The notes under the pieces: model-generated
Seen by the model: only the letters and a program-made list of their open reading frames with translations
Databases searched by the model: none
What the model was told of the DNA's origin: nothing
Position numbers and translations under genes: made by a program
Shown here: positions 11,781 through 21,333 of the stretch, in pieces
Layout: the number at the start of each line of letters is the position of its first letter
Numbering within the stretch: position 1 is the first letter of the stretch
Assembly (NCBI GenBank): GCA_977862235.1
Contig: OZ374558.1
Location: forward strand, 3,100,001 to 3,164,000
Direction of reading: 5' to 3'
From: Dudresnaya verticillata
Lineage: Eukaryota
Length of the DNA stretch: 64,000 bases

Positions 11781-14700
11781 TAAGTGTAAGTTCGGGTTGC
11801 GTAATCCTTCGGGACCTCCGTGGGTCTGTTCATAGTTCCTTCGAGATTGAACAGTTTAACGTCCGTGGTGACTCGCGGCGAATCGCGGTAACCTTCTATT
11901 TGCGTTTTCGGGCTCGCGTAGCAATTAGAACTGAGTCTCTTTCGTTCTGGAATATTTTTCACGAGGTTGCGTCGGACCCGTTCTTCATTATCCGCTTTCG
12001 CGTGATTAGTGAAGAGTAGAAACCTCGTCTTCGATACCGATTTGTTCGCGATGCTGCAGGACCAACCGCAAGGGGTATCAGGGATTTGATGTACGCGCCC
12101 GGGTCAATACACGTTTTCGAGGTCGAATTAGGCTCATAGCAGCCTCCACCTCGTGCGTCGCACGGAAGGATGGGTAAGGGAAAGAATCTATCGGAGCGCA
12201 ATGCGGTCTCTACGAATGGTGAGCCGGGTCCAGTACATTTACGGTCGCAACGACTTAACCGCCTATACGACTGCGTAGCATTCGCGCCCGGTAGCGGCGT
12301 AGTTCTTCTCGGCATCGTTTAACGATTGCGACCAATATCGCACCAGTTGGAACTCTCCGTTTTCTTACTCCTGTACCAACGCACACCCTAGTTGATACGA
12401 AGATGCGTCGTTATCGACAATGTAACGTTTTCCGAGTTTTGGTACCTGGAGAATCGGCGGAGATACGAGCTTCTGTTTGATCGTTTCGAATGCGGTAATC
12501 TGGTCCTCTGTGGGATCCTCGTAATCAGGATCCGCGTCCTTTCCGGTCACGTTGGTCAAAGGTCGCGCAATGTTCGCGAAGTCTGTCCCGAATCTTCGAT
12601 ATACGTTACACAAGCCGAGGAATGAACGGACTGGGGTGAATTTCTTCGGAAACTTCGCGACACGGAATGCCTCGGAGCTCTTCGCCACTATACTCAGCTT
12701 TCCCGGGGATATTACGTGTCCAAGATAGTCGACACGCGTCTGGAAGAGGAAAAACTTCTTCGTCTTTAGCGAAACCCCGGCGTTACGAAGCAGTGTGAGA
12801 ACTTGATCGATATGCGAGATGTGTTCACGAATATTCGCGGAGAAAACGATCACATCATTGAGGTCAACGAGGCAACATTGCGAACGAACTCCGGATAGGA
12901 TGATATCTAATGCGCGTGGGACCGTCGCGGTGCTTTTTCAAACCGAAGTGCATATGTAGATCACGATAAGTGCCGAGAAACGTACTAAATGTAGTCGTGT
13001 GGCGGTCTTCGGAGGAAACAAGAATCTGCCAATATCGGCTGTTGCAATCGACTGTCGAGAAAATCGAAGCCACTCCGAGGGAATCGTTACAATCTTCCAT
13101 CCAGAGAAGCAGGTATGAATCTGATAGTGTACTCGTATTCAATCTCCCGTAATCCACGCAAAAAAGAAGGTTACGTCTTTCTTCGGTATGAGTATGACGG
13201 GAGGTGCCCACTCCGAGGTTGCATGTTAGGTTGCTCCGGCTTTTAGCATACTTTCGATTTCGTTTCAAACAATTCATCGTATAGAAGGCCCTTGATGGTA
13301 GGGAATTGAACGAATCGGTCGAGCCCGGGTTGTAGATCGATGCGATGTTCCGTGGCTGCGATTGTTCCGAGGTATCCATTCCACATCGATTCGAGCTTTC
13401 GTAGAATATCGAGGACCCCGATTCGCGTAGTTTCATCGGTGTGGCATAGCTGTAAGACCAGTTGTGCCACACCCTCGCAGCTGTAAGATCAACTGCGCCA
13501 CGTGTGCACCGCTGTTCGCACACTGGCAGCCGGTGGCGCCGAGGCCCCGCTTAACTGTAAGGAAGTGCGCTGTGGCGCCCGCGCGCCCGCGTGTACGCGT
13601 GTGACACTGACACTCACGTGCAATTTATAGATGTATTATGTGTAGTGTGCAGTACAGACTAGTGCAAGCGGCGGTCGAATGCCCTGCTGTCCCGCGCGCC
13701 GTGAGCACGCACTCCGGCGTCGAGCCGTTGAGTACGTGCGGACCGTTTCGCCCACGCGTGCCCCCGGGTTACCGTTACCCGTACGCTTCGACGCGTATAT
13801 GGGTGTGCTGGCGCACCTCCCGGGTTGATGCAGCCGCAGGCCCTGTAGTCTATTTAGGAGTCGCCCCTCTGGGCTCGAGTAAACAAAGGCAAGCCAGCCT
13901 ACGCCAGTATTGCCCCTTTCTGCTTTGTGTTTCCTTCCCAGTCTTTCGCCCTACGGCTTCCCTCTTTCACTAGCCGCCTAGGCTTTCCTTTCCCTTAACC
14001 ACCGTCGGCTTCGTGCCGCCCCACGATGGGGACGGTGGGATCCGGTCGCTGCCGCCCGTGTATGGTCTGCCCCGTGCGCGCTTAGGCTTCGACGCCGTAG
14101 ATCCGCAACCGTCGACGGTGCGCGCGGCCGACACCACCACTCTACCATTTACCGCTACCATCCTTTCACGAGTCTGGGTGCGACGACGAGACCAGCTGCA
14201 CTAGACGTCAGTTCGACCTGACGTCTATGCCACAATCGGGTATAGTCGAAAGGTAAACTTGTTCTTACCAATCGCGGGAACTCGAATTGGCTTCTGCAGC
14301 CGCTGCCGGGGAGACTTTCTTGAGCGCCTTTTCCTTCGTGGATACGGATTCTTCTTCTGATTTCGAGTTGTCGTGTTCGTGTAACCTAGACATGTTGAGT
14401 ACCTTGGCAAACGAATCTTCGACTTCGCGATCGAGCGTCAAGATCGCGAATGGGTTTGCAGCCGCGTATCCGATGATGGTTCCTTCCGGCAAGGCTCGAG
14501 GCTTATCCATAAAGTTCGCCATCAACCCCGAAAACTCGCGATCAGGACTGACATATTCATCCCGTTCGTTAATTGTACTCCGTGGCGATTCTGTGACGAA
14601 GGTTTCGGTTCGAAATAATCAGCCCGATAGCTTCCGAGATCGTGGTGACTAGCTTCTGCAAATAACTCGGAATTGTGAATCGACGGTTGAAACGAATGAT

Positions 14701-14790
14701 GCGGGCGTCCCTGTCCCAGTCGTGTAATTCGCATTGGTGTCGCGTCGGAAGCGTTTTCTCGAATTTCGACTTCGGATTTTCAGCGGGCGC
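11780..14790 (-). mobile_element. Second degenerate Ty3/gypsy pol fragment (RT-RNase H), truncated at both ends
   Basis: EHRIDLQPG, FCVDYGRLN...DSYLL, FSTVDCNSRYWQI, HMHFGLK, decayed YLDD (DLNDVIVFS), VDYLGHVIS, VRSFLGLCNVYRRF, VDNDASSYQLGCALVQ. Interrupted by the solo LTR at 13440-14234. Confidence 0.9.
13440..14234 (+). mobile_element. Solo LTR (795 bp) inserted in gypsy pol
   Basis: Perfect 10-bp terminal inverted repeat TGTGGCATAG...CTATGCCACA. 5-bp TSD ATCGG at 13435-13439 and 14235-14239. Removing it restores the host frame EQVYLSTIPDETTRIGVLDIL. Confidence 0.95.
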
Positions 14791-15575
14791 ATCCTGTCCA
14801 GAAATGCGGCTAAAGTGAAAGGAGAAGAAAAGCTCCCAGGTGCTATCAGGTTTCCATCTGCCGTGAACTTACTATCATCTTGTCCGACGTTCTCCGCAGC
14901 CATCGGCGGAAGCAGCCGCACTGCGTCCGGATACCGACCAACGGCGGCTGTAGCAGAACGACAAGGGATAGATGGCGTAGTAGCCGAAGCTTCGCAGAAT
15001 GTCTTACCTGCTGGGAATATCTCAATCGACAACCCGCTTGCCGACAGGCCGACTAGTGTACGCAAGAGGAAAGCGGATGATTTGAGAGAGCGTGGAGCGA
15101 GCAAAGTGGCACGTAGCGTCGATGCCATGACAGAGACCCTGCGAGGCTCAGCAGCTGCTAAGAAAAAGGCTGTGTCCATTGCTCTTCAACTTAAGATCCT
15201 TAACAGGATGAACCTCCCCACTTCTGTTTAAATGGCCGCTTGGAGTCTTTGATGCAGCAGGCAGCGCAACTGGGTGACCAGAAACGTTTGCCTGGGACTG
15301 ATGCTTCTACTCGTGTTGCTGATTCCGAGCAGATGGCTGTGATTGGAAACACCTCATCCTACCACCACGACCCAGTAGTGGCTCCAACAACCTCGGGAGA
15401 GGGCCCCAACGACTGCGCATCTCTCTGCGAAACTGATGAACGCGGTTACGAGGTGATGCCATTAGATGCGCTTTTACCGCCGGCGGCGGCAAGTTCCACT
15501 CAAGCGGAGATCTCGGGTGCCCTCCGCCAAGGAGCGGGGTCTGGGTCGGAGCCCCAGCCGTCGGGGTTGGACTAG
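14790..15575 (+). pseudogene. C-terminal part of Harbinger accessory (Myb/SANT, NAM-associated-type) ORF
   Basis: IRFPSAVNLLSSCPTF...RPTSVRKRKA followed by a coiled-coil-like stretch. Stop at 15229-15231, then continuation 15240-15575. Convergent with the transposase. Confidence 0.6.
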
Positions 15576-15727
15576 GCCTTTTAGTGCTGTCGGGGGCATT
15601 CAGGGCTGTTCCGAGTCTGTCACGGAATGAAAAGGATGCTTCCCACTCGAATTGGAACGTTTTATTGTAGTTCACCCCGCCGACTCTTAAGATGATGCGA
15701 AACAGCCGTAGCCAACGATAAATGAGC

Positions 15728-17951
15728 TTACTCGTTAGTAACAAGGTCCTGTCTGTCAAGTAGAGACGCTAAACCGACTGCAATGTGTTGCGAAACAACA
15801 GCGGCGTTTTCGCCGGCGACCACGCCCTGCTCCCCGTCCTCCTCAAACTCGCTCACTACATTGAACGCACTACCGTCTATCGCTACCTCATCCCGCAACT
15901 CCCCTCGCTTATCCATATCAACGATCATATTGTGCAATATGACGCAAACGTGACTAATAAGAACTATCATTGCATCACTCCACTCAAACCCCTCATGTCG
16001 TAATATCTTGAACCTTCCTTGCAGTGCGCCGAAAAGGCGTTCGATATCCTTCCGTGTGGATTCCTGTTGCCGAGTCATGTACAATTCCCGATCGTTGATG
16101 GGCGCGTGGTTTGGTCCTAGAAATATTGCCCATCGCGGGTATATTCCGTCTACAAGAAAGTAGAGAAGGCCATGGCGTTGGATTCCATTAACTTCGAACC
16201 CTTCAGGTAGCGTCATTATCCGTCTTCCCGACAGTATGTCAATAAACAAGGGACTGTTGTCAACGATAGTTATGTCGCTATTAGTGCCGCATCTTCCGGG
16301 GAACCAGTGCCAGCAGTAGAGATTGCGATCGCAAAGCGCTTCGCAACTCAGTGTGGCGAGCTTTCCGTCTTTCGGATTATGCTACTTGTGGTGCAAGGGG
16401 AGGTGAGCCCTTTTTCGCTGAAAGCGGGCAGCAACAAATACGTCGACCGACGGAAGAAACCGCCACCGGCGCTCACCACCGCCGTTGGCGCGCGAACACG
16501 TCATCGACGGCTCACTGGGGCGCGCGCGCACACTGCGCGCCGCGCGCCACGCGGGCACTGTACGGTGATGGGCCGACATGGCGCCCCGGGGCACTGTAAT
16601 ACGGATCCAGATGGGATCCGGATCCGGTATCCAGATTGGCTATCTGGATCGCCTGAGCTGTAAGATACGCGCCTGTAAGGCTGCGGGTGTAGGCATTGCT
16701 GGCCCGATCCGGATGGGATCGGGATCGGACAAGTATCGGATTAGATCCAAGGCGCACGCTCTACAGTACGCGCGCGCGTACGGCTGTAAGGCACACGCGT
16801 CCACGTGTGTGTGTAAGCACCCACACAGGGGGTTGCCCGGCAACCTGTCAGGCGCGCGGCTGCATGCGGTGGGTGATCTGTCAGACGCGCCTCGGGAGGA
16901 CACGTGTCCCGAGTTCTCGCGCTACGCACACGCACCGCCGCCGCACCGCCGTACTATACTTAGGTAAGCCGTCCCAGACGTAACAGTAAACGCCCGGGCA
17001 AGCCGGCCTTGGTCCAGACTTCCCCGTTCCGCACGCGCGTATCCTACTGCTGCCTACGGCTCAAGCGTCTACCTCCTTTGCTTCCACGTCTATCACCGTC
17101 CTTGACGTGTTTCCTTTCTGTTTCCTTTTCCCTTCCTTTCCGCCTCGGGCGTCTACAGTCCGCCCAAGGCGTGTCCTCTGCTCTACCACAAGCCGCCCAA
17201 GGCGAGGCTACTCACCGCCACGGGCGCAGCTACCCACCGAGCCCCGAACTGCTCGGCGGTATACCGTCACAGACGTTTGCACCACACTACTGTCCCTTAA
17301 AAGCTTTCTGACAATTCTTGCAGTGTAGATGCATGCCATCGACACAACCGATACAATCAGGGAAGCCAATAGCCGCGTAAGACGTCTCAATATCCCTCAA
17401 TTCTGCCATTGAAGGCTCTAGGTTGTTAAGATATATCGGTCCAAAGCGGGGTAAATGCTCTTCAAGACGATTCAAAAGTAATAAAGTTGACTTTCTGGCG
17501 ACATTCGAGCCATATCGTCCATTTTCCCATATGATAGCCCCCTGCAAGCCTACGTAATGCTACAAGGATCTTCTGGTGCGGAGAGTGTCCTTGGATGCCA
17601 GCAGCATTTCTCTTTTGTGACAATCGCGGCTCCTCCTCGAGCAGCGCTTCATAAAGCGTCCAATGCAGCTTTATCGGTACGTGAAAGACCTGATGGAACT
17701 TTTCAGGCGGGTAGACGGGTCTGTGTCACAGGGTCATGAGAGAGATAGTCCGTGAACCAAGAGTATGGGCCTCGGCGAATGGTTTTGCTCATCGGAACAC
17801 GCCCACGGTAGGCTGGTGCGTCCTCATTGGCTGAGGCCACAGTGCAAGAGATGGCGCCGACGGCTTGTACAGCAGCATATTCTTCCTCGTCGCTTGAGAG
17901 TCCTTCGAGGACTTCTTCGAATACAGAAGAACTGGAGCTTGAGGTCGCCAT
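15728..17951 (-). pseudogene. PIF/Harbinger DDE transposase (DDE_Tnp_4/Plant_tran-like), disrupted
   Basis: GFPDCIGCVDGMHLHCKNCQKAFKGQ*HNPK...SCEALCDRNLYCWHWFPGRCGTNSDITI...YFLVDGIYPRWAIF...QESTRKDIERLFGALQGRFKIL...CVILHNMIV. Frameshifts plus the LTR insertion at 16387-17286. Confidence 0.93.
16387..17286 (+). mobile_element. Solo LTR (900 bp) inserted in the Harbinger transposase
   Basis: Perfect 10-bp terminal inverted repeat TGTGGTGCAA...TTGCACCACA. 5-bp TSD CTACT at 16382-16386 and 17287-17291. Internal GGATCC-rich repeats at ~16600-16750. Confidence 0.95.
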
Positions 17952-18108
17952 GATTCTTCTGCGGACGGCGTGCAAGCTGTGCCCCGGAGTGCGAGGACTG
18001 GAGTACGAGCTTGTACTGAAGGCTTGCGCCGTTTTTTAGCCGCCACTGCTAGAGCTGCACAAGAAAATAACAAATCCCGATTTGGAATTGTGGTATTTTG
18101 TGATTTAT

Positions 18109-18136
18109 TTTAGCATCACTGATAGAGATGCTCTAA
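18109..18136 (-). repeat. Harbinger terminal inverted repeat plus TAA target
   Basis: Minus strand TTA-GAGCATCTCTATCAGTGATGCTAAA. The partner TIR was not found in the window. Confidence 0.7.
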
Positions 18137-20004
18137 CAGTTAGAAAACGGGAACCCAGATCCAATGTCAACTGGAATCGCTCAAAAACAGCATACATATT
18201 GGAGACGTTTTTCCTTCCTGCTGAAGATAGAGGTTGCGGCTTTTTGTAGATCATTTTTGTCCACGCTACAGTGCGTTTAGCCGCTTTTATGATTTGTAAG
18301 TACTCTTCAAACTTGATACATACCTTCTTGAAATGTTTTGTTGCGTTGGCTTAAGGATGAACCAGTAGGTTCTTGAACTGAAGAAATTCTCTAGAGTTTA
18401 TTCCAGAGCTCAGCCGTACTGCTGAGCCCCAGTGGCTATCTTCTGTAGCTCAAGGGTTGTAGCGATACGCAAACTAAAACAATAAAATCCCACAAAGCGC
18501 CGTAAAAGAGACGTAGACTTGATGAATGCAAGGGCGGGAGGGTGGGACAAAAGAAAATAGACTTGCCGAGGTGGCGAGGGGGACGAGACGACGACACCCA
18601 AATGTGCTAGGCCGGCGGCGGGTTGCGACGGCGGCGGCAGGGTTTGGACGCGTGTCAAGACCCTCTTGGTAACACGTGACAGAGCACGTTATCTTCCAAT
18701 CCGAGAGCCCTTCAGGTGTAAACACTTGTGTTCACATGCCCTAAGCAGCTGGTTAGCATGCCCCCGGAGGCAGACGGGTGGTGCTGTGGTTCACCGCTGC
18801 GCCGTCGATTCCGGGAAACCGAGTTCGACGCCAGGTCCCATGGTTCTACATTTTCTCAAGGCTTTTTCCCCACCGGGGTTGTTCGCCCATTCTTCTCATA
18901 GAGCCGGCTGGACTGCCCCCAGATTACGGGTGTAAGCCCGTCTAGTCTACCACATAAAGTAGATATCTGGTTGGTAGGGCGTGTGCTTGCGAATGGGGCG
19001 TAGTCGCCCTCGCAACCGCGCACGTTAAAGATTTAATAAAATTACAACATCACTCATGACATCCTTAATCAACGAGGAGTGTTGCTTCTCAATGCAGATA
19101 AGCTAGAGTGCCCTGTCGGCGCACAAAATTAACAACTAAACAACAATTATGCAAAAGAAAAGTGCAGACGGCTAGACGCGCCGGGGGACTCGAACTGACG
19201 GCACGGCTTGGGCAGGGGGAAGACACCCCAACTCCCCCCACGCCTTCGACCCTGTGCCTCGAAGCCCAGATTCTGTGCAACACCCTTTACGCAATTCTCC
19301 AAAGCAGCCACAAACACAAACTTGCACGCAAGCAAGTTCTCTGCGTCAAGCCAGGCTTTCCCAGATCCCAAGGTTGATACTGTCGCTGCGGATGCTGTGC
19401 ACTTAAACAAGCAGTGACGGGGAGTTTGTGCAGAGGAGATCTAGGCTAGCTTGTCGAAGCGTCCTTCGCTAGCGAAGTGAGATAAATTTGCTCACAAGGT
19501 GCAAACGAGGGGCGAAAGCGCGCAGCTGTGTCGACGTTCGGGTGTCTTGGTCGAGAATGATTTTGGCGCCCGAGCCAGCAATGACTAGAATCGCGATCGA
19601 GGCTAGCTGGATCGCGATAGACATTGGATCGGTTCCCCTTTTTCCGATTCAAATCAGCTCTTTTTGAATCACTTCAAAGGCGGGTGTAATACATGGATTG
19701 AACCTCGAGAGCTGGTGGAGGACGATTCGACCACACTCCAATTCAAAACATACAACAGAACTACATGTCAGGCCATTGGTAGGGACGTTCTGACAGACGC
19801 TAGAGCACGCGGCATCCCTTGTTGATTGTTTCTCGGAAACCAGTGAACCAGATTAAGTCGAACTCGCATTGGTGGAACAAAACTTCTATCTTGACCACTC
19901 TTTCAATGTCAATACCACCAACAGATACATAAACACGCATCAATACATAAGCATTTACATGTTGTTAACAGAAATCGTCGGGTGCAGCCCTAGTCCGTGA
20001 GACA

Positions 20005-21333
20005 CTAAACCCCAGTCCGAACCATTGCAGCAAGCAAAACCTCTTCCGCTAATGTTTCGAATCTTGCCGCAAGCGCGGTAAACTGCAGTCCATTAGAGTT
20101 AGTCCTTACGCGCAATCCGCGTCTCAACGTCGGGCTATTGACCCACATCTCGCGCTCTCTACATCCAACCTGCCTGCAGTACCTCTTCATACTCAAAGGA
20201 TTCCCTTGGTATACGACTATATGCCCAGGTGTAGCACAGCTCTCTCCTTCATCACATAGCACTTTCGCCCAAATATCCTTCTCAAACACCCGATCTCCCG
20301 TAATGAGCCGAGCGTCCACACAAACCGCCTGCCGTGGCTCGGGAACCGGATCCGGGGATGGTAACTCAGTCTTTCCATCCGATGAATCGGGCCTTGTGTT
20401 CTGTGCTGGCGTGGCTTCCACACCAGAGAGCCTCTTCGCGATATCGCTAGATACGCAGAAAGGCCTGTCATCTCCCAAGAATGAGTTCGCACATGTCTCT
20501 CCGTCCTTGCATGTCTGCCCGTTGTCACAGTACCGCTGTTGGTCTGGCGGCACGCATATACAAGAGTCATTCTCGCCTTTGCACGGCGTGTCGTAGCGTC
20601 TTGAACCTAAATTGACACACACTCGGTCATCTAGGCACTGCGTTGAGTTGGTGCAAGCATCCATCGTGTATCCTTCGGGGCTTTTTGGTTTACCCACCAG
20701 CCTGAATGCTGGGTGGTATGTCTCGGCTGCGGACATGCACATCGGCCAACTGCGAAAGAAAATGGGATTTTCGGCACACATCTCTCCGTCTTCACAGTTG
20801 GACGAAGATACACAAAAGTCGATGTCGTTCCCAGGCTTCAAGCACACACACGGCTGCTCCCCGTTGCAGTCTAGAATAGGCAGCAGAGGGAACAGATAGA
20901 TAGATTTACAGCCGCGATTGCCGACGCACTGCTCGTCCTTCGTGCACGGTGAGAGCGAGAACCCGTCTGGCGTTGGTGTTGGCGTTGGTCTTGGATCCGA
21001 GTACTTGAAAAGGAAGGGACTTTCGCCGACGACGTCCTTTTCTGCACAGGTTGTTCGTTGCTTGAGGAAGTAGGTTGAGGCACAGACCTCCCCGGCAGCT
21101 GTACACGAGTCCGAAGTGCAGGTAGTCGGCGACACCGGGAGGCACAGGCATTGTCTGGAGGTGCTGCTGCACTCCTTGTCGGGCGCTTCACTACACGTCA
21201 GTGAGGATGCGCATGGTTCCTCGGTGTCGCACACTTCGTAGGAAAGTCTTGACTGTCGGGATGCCGGGAGCGTTGCGGCGAAGGCCAGCGGAACCAAGAC
21301 GGCAAGAAGCGCGACGACGCGGAGTCTCGGCAT
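20005..21333 (-). CDS. Secreted Cys-rich repeat protein (442 aa) with a C-terminal CxDA...CATPGH domain
   Basis: Likely start ATG at 21333 gives the signal peptide MPRLRVVALLAVLVPLAFA. Three ~90-aa Cys-rich repeats, Pro/Thr linkers, then a ~105-aa C-terminal domain ending in a hydrophobic helix. Uninterrupted ORF. Confidence 0.9.
   Translation of the reverse strand: MPRLRVVALLAVLVPLAFAATLPASRQSRLSYEVCDTEEPCASSLTCSEAPDKECSSTSRQCLCLPVSPTTCTSDSCTAAGEVCASTYFLKQRTTCAEKDVVGESPFLFKYSDPRPTPTPTPDGFSLSPCTKDEQCVGNRGCKSIYLFPLLPILDCNGEQPCVCLKPGNDIDFCVSSSNCEDGEMCAENPIFFRSWPMCMSAAETYHPAFRLVGKPKSPEGYTMDACTNSTQCLDDRVCVNLGSRRYDTPCKGENDSCICVPPDQQRYCDNGQTCKDGETCANSFLGDDRPFCVSSDIAKRLSGVEATPAQNTRPDSSDGKTELPSPDPVPEPRQAVCVDARLITGDRVFEKDIWAKVLCDEGESCATPGHIVVYQGNPLSMKRYCRQVGCREREMWVNSPTLRRGLRVRTNSNGLQFTALAARFETLAEEVLLAAMVRTGV

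Larger units (their letters stand above)
14790..18133. mobile_element. PIF/Harbinger DNA transposon, left end missing, with two convergent genes
   Basis: Transposase on the minus strand, accessory-protein C-terminus on the plus strand. Right terminus reads GAGCATCTCTATCAGTG (minus, ending at 18133) followed by a TAA target at 18134-18136, typical of PIF/Tourist ends. Confidence 0.85.

Noticed and set aside
18458..19046. Possible further solo LTR (TGTAGC...ATTACA)
   Set aside because: No matching TSD and only a 4-bp terminal repeat, so the boundaries are unsupported.
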